Shown here piece by piece: positions 49,524 to 64,000 of a DNA stretch of 64,000 nt (position 1 is the first letter of the stretch; every line of letters begins with the position of its first letter). Origin of the DNA: Balanoglossus misakiensis (lineage: Eukaryota; Animalia; Hemichordata); assembly GCA_040954595.2 (NCBI GenBank), contig CM082578.2:15298998-15362997 (forward strand). Direction: 5' to 3'. The notes beneath the pieces are model-generated. The model saw nothing but the letters and a program-made list of their open reading frames with translations. It was not told the DNA's origin and did no database searches. Position numbers and translations under genes: made by a program.

Positions 49524-52500
49524 ATGAGTGCCGGTAAGTTCATATAAAGTTATATATTCTTCAAGAGGCGTGGGACTGAAACTAACTTATCGCGGCGCGC
49601 CTTTGCATCTCTGGGCTGATCCTTCTGAACAGGTGTTTTATATGTTTAAGCGGAGTCATTCGGTGTGTAGCCAGTTCTAAATGAAAGAACTTGGATATTC
49701 CTCGACCGATTTCTGCACCAGGGTGACTTAATTTTTTCCTCTGATGTTCGGTCTATGAATGGTATGTAGTTGTGTTTAGGGTGGGTGGTACCCAACTTTA
49801 GGGATCGTGTTACAGTTGATTTTATCAAGGCCAATCGGAACTTGAAATTTTAAGTCAAACGCCCACAGAAAAGTTTTCTTTATTCCTGTGGTATATCCAC
49901 GGGCAATCGTTTAATATTAATCATATTAATACTTGAAACACAGAGCCTCACTGACCCACTGTTAAAGAATGCAATACCGTATCCCCTGTCAGGAACAGAT
50001 GTGTGATGGAAGAAAACATATGGTCATATACATAATTATGACAAATTATGCATTTATGCAGGTGTGCGTGAAATATGCATTTAGCATGGGTGTTCCAGAA
50101 GACATCCACTCATATAGATCATTCAACAAAAGAAAGCGTAATTAAATTACTGTTCTATTATAGTTATTGTTCTAATGAATAACAAATATTTTACAAACTG
50201 CTGCTAGGAGAAGCACCTGATGTAAAAATGTCAGGAAGTACTTGTAATAAAATTGTAAATGAAACAGGTGCATCATTACCATTACATGTGTTGGTGGATG
50301 AGTACAGTTTGCTCAAATGTAGCGGGACATGTGAACATTTGTTAACAACTTCAATTCAGGAAGTTGACTGGTAGTATCTGGTTGCCATACATGCATAGGT
50401 CAAAGGTTACACATTGCAGTTTTAAAAGACCCAAATTTTAAGATTCTCATTTCAATGCCTAAGTAACAACTAAACAAGCTTTATGTACATCTGTATTTAC
50501 ATCATTACAATTTGTATGTTGTTAGCTTTGACTAAGTGAAACCAGTATACGCAAACTCCGTCAACAATTTTTGTAAGTGGAAATTTACTGAAAGACACTT
50601 ATACACATCATGTAGGTCCAGCTCAAAGTCTGACGCCTATTATTGACAAGGATGGACACAATAGAATGACCTCAAAGATGTAGGTCATGCTTTTTATCAG
50701 CCTCTAAGCTAGTCTCATTTTGTACTGGTAATGGCATTGGTACATGTTGAACAGCATGCCAGCAGGCAATTAATGTTATTTTCATTTCTTTTTTTTATTC
50801 TAGAAAACAGTGAAAAGTCACGAGAGAAACCCCTGCCTCCTGCCAAACCCCCCAAGCCCAAAGTGGCACCAAAGCCTAAAGTACATAAAAATGCTTCGAA
50901 CAGACTTGTTCTGGAAGACAGTTTTGAGAAGGGAAGAGCTCAGCTGAATGAGCAAGAGAGCAGCTTCAATGATGGGAGCTGTGTTTCTCAGACCAGAGAC
51001 AAGGAGGAAGGAATACATAGTACTGTCAGTAGGGATGACAGTGCTGTGATAGCGATTAAACCTTGTCCGTCTGAAGAGGAATCGATCGACAAAATCACAT
51101 CGCCTCAACAAGAGGAAAGTCAGCACCATGAAAAATCAATCCCTTCTTTTTCAAACAGTGATAAACAGCAGAAAGAAACTTTGACATTTCAGCATCATGA
51201 AGTTCATCCAAAACCACAACAGCAGGCACAGTCTACAGCCCGACATGGCAGTCCAAAACCAAAACCAAAACCTAAACCTAAACCGAAGCCACAAAGGAAA
51301 ACTATAGACATTGGCTCTCTCGGGAGAAATGTCATGCTACAAGAACCCAATGACTCTAGTACATTGACTGACATAAACAGAACTCCCCAAAAAACAAATA
51401 CAGACATCAGTAAGAGTGCTGTTGATCAGGCTGGTCCTGACAGTGCCTTAAATAAACGCCTTCCAGAAACACAAAACTTATCCCTGAAAAAGAAGCCAAA
51501 ACCTAAACCCAGACTTTCCAGGTACAAAACTGTAGAAGCAGTACCTTCTAACATTCCAGGTAGCAAAGATACCACGTCTGGTAATCTCACAGAAGACATT
51601 GCAACATCCGACCGCTCGTCGTTACATTCCCAGGATGTTGTTTTGAGAATCGCAGGGAGCGGCGATCATGAGTGGCCAGGCAGACCACCACAGAGAACAA
51701 GCAAGACTGCCAGTGTGACAGATGTTGTAGCAGACACTCCAGAGGAGAAGCCCTTTGCGGAGGCAGTGAAGGTCATACCCTCTTCAGAGTCTTCTCTGAC
51801 AAAGGACAACTCAAGTGACACACAGCAGGTTATTGAAAATTCACAAAAGAAGCCAGTGCCAAAAAGACCCCCACCACCAGCACCAGCAAAACCAAAAGCA
51901 CGACCCAAGCTACAGAGCTCAGATTCCCATGATTTGCATCCACCAGAAAGTGAAGCCTTAAACAAGTCACAGAAAGCTGAGAACTTAGACTCATCTACCA
52001 GTGAATATTTTGAGGTCGTCAAAAAGCAATCAGAGGTCCAGACAGAGTCAGCCAACGAAACAGAGGGTCACAAAAATGATGAGAGCATTCCACCGAAAGA
52101 CAGTCATGAACAGATTCAACCAAAAAAGAAGAGATCCCCACCCCCACCACCAAAGACAAAACCTGTTGCAACCCTGAAAGACAAGAAGGTCAGTGAACCA
52201 GAGGTCTTGACCGGGTCCCCATCGCCACAGCAACCTCAGGCCAAAGCAAAACCACCCAGGCCATTCTCTTCTCCTCATCAAGATGGTGATGTTGAGTTCT
52301 CTAACAGGAGACAATCAAGCAAGTTCAAGCCAGTCAGACCTGCTCCACCAGTAAGACAAAGCTCTAAAGCTGAACATGCAATTCTTGGAAGCTCAGAGAA
52401 GGATACTGCAAAACAGCCGGACACAGAGAAACCAGTCCCTCCTGGAACTGAAGACTCAGAAGTGAGAGAAACACAAGCTGTGGGAAGTCCAGGAAAGGGT

Positions 52501-55500
52501 GCCTCCAACAAACGAAAGCCTTTCAGACCAGCTCCTCCTGTCAAATCAGTCTCTAAATCCGGGAATGTTGATGAGAAGACTCAGGATACACCACCAAAGC
52601 CAGCCTCAAACATCTTGCCCACACCAGCACCCAGGCGGGGATCCAAGTGTTCTCCAATGTCATCACCATCGACAACAAAGAGGATATCAAGTGCTTCATC
52701 AACTCCATCACCCACACCAAGGAAGAGGTCGGATGCAGCATCACCATCAACAAGGAGGGCTTCCAAAACCTCTACAGAGCTATCATCACCACAGACACAG
52801 CATAAGGGAGTGGTGGAAGGCAGTCGTCATCCCTCAACAAGGAAGGACAGTTTGGACGTGTCAAAGAATAGGGCCAGTTTTTCCACTCCCGAAAATGACA
52901 GAGCATTGGAACACCAGACGGAGAAGGACTCCAGTAATGAGGTCAAGAGAAGCAGCAGCTTTTTGTCCAGGCTGGTCAGAAAAAATAGCAACAAGAGCAA
53001 GAAAGAGCGCAACGGGACCAAAAGTGAAAACAGAAGTAGTAGGAGCACTTTTTATCGTGAGACCCAGGAGGAAAAACAATATCCTGTTATAGAAGTGAGT
53101 GTGGCCAGAGAGAGTGAAGATGATGGTGTGTCTCAAATCAGGGAAGTCAAAGCAGTAACAAATCAAAGTATTGACAAGGACAGAGAAAATGACCATGCCA
53201 TTCATAACGTAGAGGAAGTTGGTGCAGTACCATCGCAAAACAGCAGCGGTGTGACTGAGCCAGAGCAACCACACACCTTAGGTGATGTTCCGAGCGATGA
53301 CAAGGATGCAGAAGAGAACAGTGATGATGATGAATATGAAGATATGGAGGAGAACATTAAGAGAAAGTCTGGCTTGGAGTTGGAATCAGAACTTCCTGAG
53401 GACGCCCCAGAGCATGATTATGAGAATTTCTCAGAGGACGTCCAGAATGATTATGAGAATTTCCCAGAGTTTGTTTCGGGGGAAATAGAAACGAGTCATG
53501 ATGTTGAACGTGCTGTAAGTGGACATTCAACTCCTGAGTTGGAAGGAGGTCAGGATGGAAGTGAGAAAGACACCCAGCATGAAAACAGTGGTGATGCTGA
53601 ACACAGGTATTCTGACCAGGATGACACAGAGCAGACAGCACACAGAAACACAGACGTAGAACCGGGCAGTGAAGATGAGTACGTTATGCCCGATTCTCAA
53701 GTCGAGCACATTTACGACAATGCTGAGGTGCACCTCCAAGTGCCAGAAGATATCCAGCGTGGCTTTAGGAGTCCACTGGGGAAGAAGAGAAATTCCACCA
53801 AGTCTGTGACGTCAGTGGGAAGTGCCGGTAGCTATGTTGATATGTCTGGGAAGAAACCGGAACAAGGAGAAGACGTGGACAAGGACTTGGAGAATGAGGT
53901 GGAAGACAGACATGACTATGACATTCCGCCAAGGTAAGCAACTTCAGTACAATGTACCCATTCAATTTCTATGCAGAAGGTTTTTCATTTCATGTATCGG
54001 GTACTAATCATTGAAGTGCTCCTCACCCGAAAGAATAGCAGCAAAGTTGTACATATAACGAGATTTCAAAATTTGTGATTTCATTTATTCTACATGTATG
54101 TGTCATTCTTTCAGTTCTAGAACTCATGCGTTCATATCCTGTATCATGTATGTGACCTACATTGTACAACTACAGAGAAACACTGGCTTCATACATGTAT
54201 ACATTTATAGATCATGTTACAAAAAACCTTGAAATCAAACAAACCAACAATCACATTCAGAATTTATGTGCATGCATGAGGTCATATGCGCACGTACAGG
54301 AACTGAATATCAATTGAAGGCATTCATTTCATGTCCTTTCATACCGTTTGTTTCGATTCATTGCCAAATGACATAATTGCCGGTAAGTCTCCTGGAAAAC
54401 AGCGCAGAGTTCTGGAATTCAGGTGCAGTTTAACAGCTGAGAAAAAAATTTAAAAGTTGAAACAGCTGCTGATGAATATTTTGACTGGATATATCAGCAT
54501 GTGCTGTCCTGGGAAGTGCTACAAATTAATTTTTTTTTTGGGAACTTTTAAAGAATTTCATATGATATTTATGTAAAGAACAACAAGAAATATTTACTGC
54601 TAGGTTCCCTAGTATCCAGGATTCCAAAATTATTTTGCACGAAGGGTTTCTCATTCAATAAACTTCTATTCCCAAGTTTCAATGCAGTGACCGTCACTGT
54701 GATTTCCCAATACCATCATGACTTTTGTCCGCAGAACTTTACGGTTGTCATTGTCAATGTCTTTGAACCCTGTTGAAAGGCACATGCAATCTTTAGTTCA
54801 CAAACAAAAAGCGATCAGTTTCACCACTGGTAGTAGTGCAGAACACTGATGGACTTATGGAAACTGAAATACACCATAGAGGGCGCTAACATCACTCGTG
54901 CTGAATCAATATGTACTTCAGTAGAAGTACCGATATTCATCAAATTCTCAGTAATTCTGGATTCTCAAAAAAGGACATTGTTGTCCGTCCAGGAAGTGTG
55001 ATAAACAAGGTCATAAGGTCACTCATGTTGCCGTTAAAAGAGAGAAAGAAACAGACGGATATGACCTTAAAGGACAGGATGTTAAATTCCACGAACGTAC
55101 ATTGGAAAATATGTTATGAAAAATTGACATTTCATAAGTCAATGTATTTTACAATGTATGAGTATTAATGATATTAAATGTGAAATTTGCGGCATTTTGT
55201 TGTGCTGGTACACATTATTGAAAAACATAACATGATTGAAACCATCAAGTATGACGTCAGGCGTGGAAGTTTTGGCAAAAAATAGTGTAATAAACTAAAG
55301 ATCTACAGAGATTGCAGTGTTAAGTATAATGCGCAGGGTTACATTTAGAATATATAGAATGTAAATCCAATGTACTTTTTTGGTTGCTTAACTAATGGTG
55401 AATGTTTCAGGGACCATCCAAGTCAAACATGTGTAATTAACATGGTGGAAAGTCAATATGGCTGACAGTATAAAGAATAATTTGAACTGTCTATCTTCAA

Positions 55501-58500
55501 AAAAAAGTGTTATATAAAGGTGAACCTTCATGACTTCCATGTCTGATATTAATAGTGGTATGCAAATATTTGTCACCATGGATACAGCCAGACTGGAAGT
55601 ACATATTCAACTGACGAGTGTGTATAGCCATCGTTCATTAACGAACATTTGGAAATTCAGTGATAAATTTGTAGCAGAGTCCCCGCCTGAGCTATTTCAC
55701 AAAAGAGGATCTTTGCATTACTGATGATGACTTCCCATCAAAGGCTGTACACTTTGTATCCTGATTCTTGTCTTTTCAACCTGATTCTCTCACTTTGGCT
55801 GTAAGTCTCATGGAGATCGTGTAAGTTCTGATTATATTCTTCTGTCTGTCTGTCTGTGTGTTTCTTGTTTAGCCAAGCGATCCCAGTTGTTGTTTTCACA
55901 TAATAATTCTTTTGACTTTGAATGATTACGTGGTGGAAAACCTTTGAATTGTTCTGGTCAGTCCATGTGCATTTAGATAAAGCTGATTTAGAATTTGAAT
56001 TGTTTTCCTTTAGTACACCATTATTGAGGAAATAAATGTCAACTGAGCAATGTTTCCATTCATAACAAATAACCCTCTGATGTTTAAAGTATAAAGGTTC
56101 CTTGTTAGAAAAAGTTGAGAAGCAAGAAAACAGTGGGTATAGATAATTAAAACTTTGATGTTGAGTTATTAATACAAATGTCTTGAATTCGTGTAGTTTA
56201 CTGACAAGTGACCCTTGACCACTAGAACTAAGAACTGTCATGAAATACATCATTACAACAGAGTAATCTTTTACAGGTGTAAAGGTCAACAGTTACTGTC
56301 ACAGATACTAATATGTGTTTATGTCAGTGCTGAATTCTTTCCTGTTTGTGAATTCAATTGTAACTTTTTGACCAGTCATTTTTGGTCACACAGCTTTTTG
56401 TCAAAATAAGACAATTGTTCTCGTTCAGGATGGCTTGGTGTCTGGTTTTCATGGATTGTCTTTGTTGTTTATGTGGGTTTCAGGGAATTACGAAAGGTTA
56501 TTTCACAATCTGGCAAATGAATCTAGTTATGTTAGCTTTGATAGTGCCATTCCATTGGAGGGAACATATAACAAACTTGTTGTGAATACATTGGCCCCTA
56601 AGATATATAAGATCAAAACCAGGAAGTAGTGTTGACTAGTCTAGTCAGGATTTTACAAGGTCTATTTCTGCAAAGGGAAGAATCCAGAGAGAAAATTGCA
56701 CATGTCTTCCTGGGCTCAGTGTGAGGAGACTGTCGGCAGTGCCACAAGCAGTGTGGTGCTCCGTAGAATAAAACAGTTTGAAGAAGCTTCCTCTGATGGG
56801 TTTTTGAGGCAATCTGAAGAGTTTCCCAGTGACCAACAGCAGGACGTTGGTTGCCAACCTTTAGGCTTCAATGACCAACCGTTGGGTATCACTGACCAAC
56901 CGGTGGACATCACTGACCAACTGGTCAACATTGATGACCAACCGGTCGACATTAACAGGTGCGGTGAGACACTCATGCACTTTGAACTGTTCTTTGAAAT
57001 GTTGCCTGTTGAAAAACCACGGTAACAGTAAATGTTATAACTCATTGTTTAGAATTCTTCCCCTTTGACATTTCAGGAGGTGCCCAGCTTGCGTAGTTTC
57101 TGTTTCAGCAGGTTGGTGCCATAATGTGCAACAGAGATATTGTCAGGACGCAAAATGGAAATCAGATTGAGACCACATTAAATTAATTGAAATTAATTTT
57201 TTTTATTTCTGTGTAGCAATCGACCAGTGAGTCATTTACAAACAGAGTCTGAATCAGACGAGAATCGACAGAGTATAGGTAGCGCTGAATCCATCCATGA
57301 TCAGGATGAAAGCAGTTCGGAAGATGAGCAGTCCTCAGCGGAGGGAGAGGGGGAGGGGGAGGAGGAAATATCAGACGGTGAACGAGAAAGGAGAGCAACG
57401 GAGAAGAAAAGACACAAAGCATTCTGTGTTGCTCGGGAGATGGTAACAACAGAGCAAACGTTTGTCAGCATATTGAAGTTATTGAACGTTGTAAGTATCC
57501 TACTGTTAAAAATCTTTCTTGTTGTGCCTGAAGATCACACTATTTAATAATCCAATTTTTGTGTGGTAGGATATATGTTCTTTTTCCTGCTTCAAGAACC
57601 AATTGTGTGCATATACGTATAAATGTGTATTTTTATCTGACTGTAGGATTTCCGAGCTGCAGTACAGCAAGCAAACCAGAAAGCTTCCAAACCAATCATT
57701 GAGCAGAAAATGCTGGAACAAATACTCTTCTATCTACCCCAGCTTCAAGCGTTCAATCAAGAACTTCTGTCTGAAATGGAGGAAAGAGTTGCAAAATGGT
57801 ATGTTTGCAATCTAAGTCTGTGCGCGCATCACATTCATACAAGTTCTCTCTCCCTCCACCCTCTGTCTTTCTTTCTCTCTCTCCCTCACTGTATCTTTCT
57901 TTGTGTGCTGATAATTTTCTGTATTGCTCATTGCAATGTCTTTCTTTTACAGGGAAGAGCATCAAAAAATATCTGACATCATCCTAAAATTATGTCCATT
58001 CCTGAAACTCTATTCAACCACGTACATCAAAGAATTCGATAAAATGACTGGCACACTGGATGAATGCTGCAAGAAATCAGCTCAGTTTGCTGAAGTTGTC
58101 AAAGAATTTGAGGTATGCATTTCTAAATTCGAAGAGAAATTATTAGGTAATTTTTTCATCATTTCAACATCCGCCTATATTATTAGTTCAACTGCCATGC
58201 TGAAAATAGCAAATCTGTTTACACATAGCTTTTCTATGTGTGAATAATCAATAATGGTATTGGTTCAAAGATTCAATTCTTAAACAAACATTTCCTGTTA
58301 ATTCAAATTTTCCAGTAGCAAGACTGCAAAACATCACGTATTTTGCTTGTGTACAGATGTATTTCCATATAAATATTAGTGCTTTGTTGCGGGAAGAATG
58401 ATGCTTGTATTCAGATTTTTGAGAAGAAGAAGGATTATACGCAGTTTCATCAAACCTATGTTGTAAACAGTGGTATTCTGTATCAGGTTGGAAGAGGTCA

Positions 58501-61500
58501 AAGGTCACAATGACTGCTGAAAAACGATTCCTGCTAAGAGAGTTTCGATACATGAATACACCCTGTTATCTGAGCAATAAATACAAGTTAAACATATCAG
58601 TATGGAAGTGACTGCTGCGTGGTGTCCGAAGGCAGCGGAAAAAATTCTACAAGATGCCTTATTTTTTTGTAAACGTGTACATGTGAAGTGATATCAACTT
58701 GTAAAATAAAAAGAATTATAAATTAATGACGTAAAATTGTTTTCAGTACATTTTTATTGCACTTTAAGCTTTTTAATGATCACTTATAAATTGTAATCAT
58801 GTGGAATGTGGAATGGTGAACTATATGTATGATGGATGAGAAAAAAATTGAAATAACCACCAGGTTTATATAGTTCCCTGTAAAATATGTGACATTCATG
58901 AAGTGAGAACAGTGACTGGTATTGCCAGCTGTTTTGTCAATAGCCATGTGATACATTCATCCCCTTCCAGTAAATCAACAAGAATTTGACATAAAAAATG
59001 TTAGTCAAAGTAGACTACCATCATATATTATGATACTGTTGAAATAAAAATATGATACTGTAGTAAGAGGCTGCCATTAGTTTCATATCAAAGTTAAACA
59101 TTAATCTCTTGTACCATCATTGATAGTGCTTGCACGAAGTCCAAATTATTAATACTAAAATGCAATTTTCAGGTTATGGCTATGCAGTCTCATATAAATC
59201 TTGTTTTTATGTTGTTGTTTTTCCTAATCAGAAAGGTCCAAGATGTGCCAATCTACAGTTACGACATCACATGTTAAAACCCATACAGAGAATTCCACAG
59301 TACAAGTTACTTTTGCAAGGTGAGTGTAATATGTGCCGTACAGTATGCAGAGCGTCAGTGGTACTGCTTGCCAACTGCACCACAAGTTGTATGTGCCACT
59401 TCCAGTTACAATGTACATGTATGTTGTTAGCCGCTGGCTCTGTGCACAGGAACTAAGGAAGTGAAAGTGAATGAAGTCATCAAAATATGGCTATCTTTGG
59501 CATCTCTATATTCTACACTGAAAAGCAAAATACTGGATGAACTTCCACTTTCAAGCAAAATAGATTATCTTTCAAGCAATTGCGTAGCTCACAGAAATAC
59601 ATATAAAATGTATCAACTAAAAATGAAGCTGATCATTTATTATGCATTGATCTGTCTGGTTACTTTATTTTTCTCTTCATTTGTATTTTTCACAGATTAT
59701 CTCAAATATTTAGATTCGGACTCGGAAGAATGCAAAGCAACAGAACGTGAGTAGATATTGATAAGTAGAAGTGTTGACTTTCATTTTGTATCAACTGTTT
59801 CATGAAAGAATAGGAGACAGGCTGTATACAGATAGCAATATTTGTATGGCTTTTTTGTTTTGAACTCCTAAATAACATCATTATTGACAGAACCTGAACT
59901 GAAACTATTAAAATGATATAAAAATTGAATGTTATCTTATCTAAATGCTGACAAATTAGACATTAAAAAGCTGAACATTTTCTTGAGAGGAATGAAACTT
60001 TAATTGTGCTTTTGGGGTTCCATAGAATACTTACAGGAACCACGTTTGTGTTCAAATGTTCACCAAACCTAATGTATGTCGGTCGTGATAGATTTCAGAG
60101 GACAAATGCCACAGTATGTTTTAACTGAGTACACAAACTGTTAAAGCTGATAAGTGAGTCATTGTTCTGTTTTACAGTTCCGTTGACCTGTTGGCCTCTT
60201 TGACTTTTTCTTCCTTGTTTGCCTCTGCATTTATCATCATCACAGTTTGACTTTTTCTAGTAAACAGGTTACTGACATTTAAAATAGATTTACTGCTACT
60301 TTCCTTTCATAGTCTGACCTTGCAAAGTAAATAAGGAAATGTGGAAAATACTGTAAAAGAAACAGCCAAAAAGTAATGGAGAGTATTTGCTTTGTGCAGC
60401 AAGAAATATTCATATATCAGCTTACTGTGTTATACAATGTCACCCTCTACAACAGAACATGTGCTTGTTTTATTATTTTCAGGTGCCTTGGCCCTGGTCA
60501 GTGAAGTTGCAAATCATGCCAATGAGAGTATCAGGCACATTGTAAGTATATGATTATCATGTCTGTTGTCTAGAGACTTGATCAGTTCAAAGTCATCAGA
60601 CCTAGACATAGCTAGTTAAAAAAAATGACCAAAGTAGACCATCTTGATTCAGACTGAGTCAGCATAAACAACCCTTACATTGTAACCGCCGTAAACCCCT
60701 ACCCCCACCCATCATCATTGAGTAATTCCACCATTTGTTACTTGCAGGAGAATTTTGCTAAGATGCTGGAGATTCAGAGAAATATCATTGGAAATGTTGA
60801 ACTCATCATTCCAAGCAGGGTGAGTGTGTGACCTGTTCATCCCTAATATTTTGGTATGGTATCAACCGTTCTTTTTGAAATGTAAAATATACATACATGT
60901 ATACATGTAACTGTTCACCTGATTATATTCAATTTCTTTCATATAGGAATTCATCAAAGAAGGAGAGTTGATGAAGGTTTCAAGAAAGGAGATGCAATCT
61001 AGAATGTTTTACCTGGTAGGTGAAGATTCAATGGTTGCTGAGATTGGGTGTTTTACCTGACATGATAGAACAAGGGTTATCAAAGAAATTGTGAAACAGA
61101 CCAGGAAATGATAGTCCTGCATTAGTTCAACACAGTTACTTGACAGGGTTGACACTGAACCATTATGGATAAAATCATATTTTGACCAAAAGACAATAAA
61201 AACAGTTCCAAAAGTGTGACAGAATGAGTATTCTGTAATGCATGCAAATTTCTATCGCTTATGATCATATATTGTAGATGTACAATAAGATGTGATATTT
61301 GTCCTTTATTTCAGTTTACTGATAAACTACTTTACTGTGTACCACACGCTGGACAATTCAAACTCAAGTATCATCTACCTCTTGCTGGCATGAAGGTAAA
61401 ATCTTGACATTACAAACTGATGAAAAATGGCAAAATTACACCCTTTTTAATTTCTGTGGTGCTAAAGACTGTTTGTAGTCACTTACATTTCGTTGTTATA

Positions 61501-62067
61501 TTTGTCAGTGGTTGATGTCAGAAGTTATAGTACCAGCACATCTTTCTTTTTCTGTATAGGTTTGTCTTTCTGACCAAGAAGATTTTCAAAATGAATTCAG
61601 CATACTTACATCAGTGAGATCATTTACCCTCTATGCAAGGTAAGCTTGTTACACTTGGCTTTCTTCTCGCTGACATGCTAAATGTCGGATATTGATTATT
61701 ACTCTCCATGGATAAAGTCCTGATTGCAAGGACTACCAGACTGGCATATTTCAGTCAATTGTTTTTAATGGTCAGCCTATTCCGTACTCCTTTCAGTACA
61801 TCAGAAGAGAGAGAAAGCTGGTGTAAAGCACTGAAGAATGCAATTGGTAATGCTGAGAAAAGAAGAGGTACATTCCTGAAGTCACAGGTGAGTTGTATGT
61901 TTAATAATAATAAGCACTGGGATTTCTGTATTGATCAGTACTGGCGAGTTTTGCTCAAAAAGGACCAGTAGAATTTAGAGGAATTTTTGTGTTTTCACTA
62001 GATATGTAGACAGACAGACAGACAGACAGACTGACTGACTGACTGACTGACTGACTGACTGACTGAC

Positions 62068-62099
<32 letters not shown>

Positions 62100-63333
62100 C
62101 ATTTTCTTTCCTCTGCCAGGGTGGTGAGGATAACAGTTCATTTGTGCTGGGTAAAGAAGCTCCAGTGTGGATTCCAGACAGCAGAACCACCATGTGTACT
62201 CTCTGCACGTGTGACTTCACCATGACCTGGAGACGACACCATTGCAGAGCTTGTGGAAAGGTAATTCTTGTGCTTGGTCAGCTGAGACTGGTTTCAAAAC
62301 TGACTTATTTTTTGGATGAAGTCACTTATAATTCTTTATTTTACTTTGAATTCTTTACAGATTGTGTGTGGACACTGCTCATCCAGAAAGGCAGAGTTGG
62401 AATATCTGAATTTCTCCATGGAGAGAGTGTGTGATATGTGCTACGACACCTTCCACAAGCAAGATGAAGGTAAAAGAAATGTTAATGATGCATCTGTGTA
62501 TTGTGAGGTCCTGGAAAATTAAGAGTACCGGTAGAATACAAGTAAATATTGACATCATGTGCAAAGTTTCTACTCAAGTGAGAGAGGTTAATTGCCATGC
62601 TTATAGTGTCAACTTCCTTGTCCTTTTTTACCAAGATGAAGTGCTGTGCTAATTTTCACTTTCATTCATTCATTCATTCACAGAGGACGGTCGAGCTGCT
62701 ATACACTTGGGAAGTTCAACATCCAAACCTGAATCCAAAGGCATTGTGGGTCTCTTTATGAATAAGATATCCAAAACTCCAGTTCAAAGGTCAAAAGTCT
62801 TAACTGAGGTAAGTCAAACCATGCATAAATGAGGGTACATGTATTTCTCATCAGCTGTGACATAATTCTTTGTAAGTTCTGAGTGGTCAGTTTTGGTCAA
62901 GTTGGGAAGATATTTGTTTTGACAAGCTTTCTACCCAGTCTCAAAACGTCTTATAAAAACAGGTCCAAGCCCATGACAAAGACATTGATATGAGCGGATA
63001 CATCAGCAGAAAGGCCAAGAAAGACTGGGAGAGGCTGTGGTATGTCTTGAAGGAAAAAGTTTTGTACACATACAAAGCCAGTGAAGATGCAGCTGCCATT
63101 GGAAGTATGCCTCTGCTGGGATATGAAGTTCAACTTGCCAAGAAAGTGAGTATAGAAAATCTTTCCAATGCTTTTCAGAGATTGGAAACTCGAGCAATCT
63201 TTCATATTAACTGCATATTATTTTGTTATTAGGTGAAAGGAGCAGAATCAGGAACAGCGTTTCAATTGTATCATGAGAGCAGTAAGAAAGTGATTGTAGT
63301 GTTGAAAACAGAGAGCAAAGCCAATACTGAGAG
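49524..63333 (+). CDS. FGD6: FYVE, RhoGEF and PH domain-containing protein (FGD5/6-like Cdc42 GEF); 3' end probably beyond the window
   Basis: Exons 49524-49533 (ATG AGT GCC G|gtaagt), 50804-53933 (giant Pro-rich exon), 57217-57490, 57647-57798, 57953-58112, 59232-59319, 59696-59746, 60483-60541, 60748-60819, 60947-61015, 61315-61395, 61560-61639, 61797-61887, 62120-62260, 62361-62469, 62684-62808, 62963-63145, 63233-63333. DH ([11 protein letters not shown]; [16 protein letters not shown]), PH ([13 protein letters not shown]), FYVE ([31 protein letters not shown]), second PH ([21 protein letters not shown]). The tiny first exon plus giant second exon resembles FGD6. Confidence 0.9.
56851..56956 (+). 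repeat. Degenerate 21-bp tandem repeat (about 5 units, encodes DQPxxI[T/D/N])
   Basis: tgccaacctttaggcttcaat / gaccaaccgttgggtatcact / gaccaaccggtggacatcact / gaccaactggtcaacattgat / gaccaaccggtcgacattaac. Confidence 0.85.
62008..62095. repeat. Compound tetranucleotide microsatellite (AGAC)n(TGAC)n(TTTA)n in an FGD intron
   Basis: Directly visible. Confidence 0.95.
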
Positions 63334-64000
63334 GTAAGGACATATTGAATGTGGCCCTCTAGTGGGCATTACAACTAGCCTTTTGTTTACACACGTCAGT
63401 TCCTGTTCCTGTTTGTAGAGACCAGAAAAAAACGTTTTTACAAATCACTGCTTTGCACTCAGCCCTTGTGAAGCTTTTATGGCTTCTTATTCAGTCGTCC
63501 AAAGGCGGATGCAGGAAAAAATCACAAAGAGAAAATAGCCGGAAAATAGGACACGCACATGATTTCAGAGTACCTGATGCTGTTATTAAAAGGAGGAAAC
63601 CCTACAATATTTCTACAAGGTTACATTTTACTCATTTTAAGAAAATCTCCATAATTACTAGTTCCAGTTACACAAGAGGGGGAGTGATTATAAAAAAATG
63701 TTCGGCAGTATCCTGTGTGTATTGACCTTTCAAAAAAACATTACAAGTATAAAGATAATCTCTGTCAACAGCTCAGATTTTTTTCACCTGCAATTGTACA
63801 ATCAGGTTTCATATGTACAACAATTATCTAGACAATTTACATTTCTTTTTGGAAGGAAAATTTGTCAGTGGACAAACCATGCATGAAAATCCCATTTAAA
63901 ATTACAAAATGACTATATATAGTCCAACAAGTGTGTTATTGAAGCAATTGCTATTTTAATTTGGATGATAGTTTGTTTTCATGCAGTCCCCATAGCAATG

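Noticed and set aside
50731-50803. ORF-track start of the 1068 aa ORF (MALVHVEQ...FFIL)
   Set aside because: Reads through a polypyrimidine tract and acceptor; the true exon starts at 50804, spliced from the micro-exon at 49524.
55738-56289. 183 aa minus-strand ORF in an FGD intron
   Set aside because: AT-rich with no motifs or splice support.

Overview
Eukaryotic metazoan genomic DNA with GT-AG spliced genes; the gene set and repeat style suggest a marine invertebrate deuterostome (inference only). Left to right: (1) an apparently intact Ngaro-type tyrosine-recombinase (DIRS-order) retrotransposon at 4999-9911, with A1...B1-A2-B2 split direct repeats identical by eye and overlapping gag, RT-RNaseH and YR ORFs; (2) an atypical class A GPCR at 17018-18151; (3) head-to-head housekeeping genes UXT (-) and EMC3 (+), with a PIF/Harbinger-type MITE in UXT intron 1; (4) a ~13 kb accessory block with an EndoU-family gene whose first catalytic motif is degenerate (FEHVF->FQRIF) and which has a Cys/His-rich N-terminus, four diverged ninjurin paralogues (+,+,-,-), and an orphan secreted Cys-rich gene; (5) an FGD6-like Cdc42 GEF (DH-PH-FYVE-PH) that runs off the right edge and has a candidate alternative first exon. 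The best candidates for new biology are the EndoU-like/ninjurin/secreted-protein block and the SAM-like domain in the retrotransposon Gag. All assignments come from reading motifs by eye; no searches were run.
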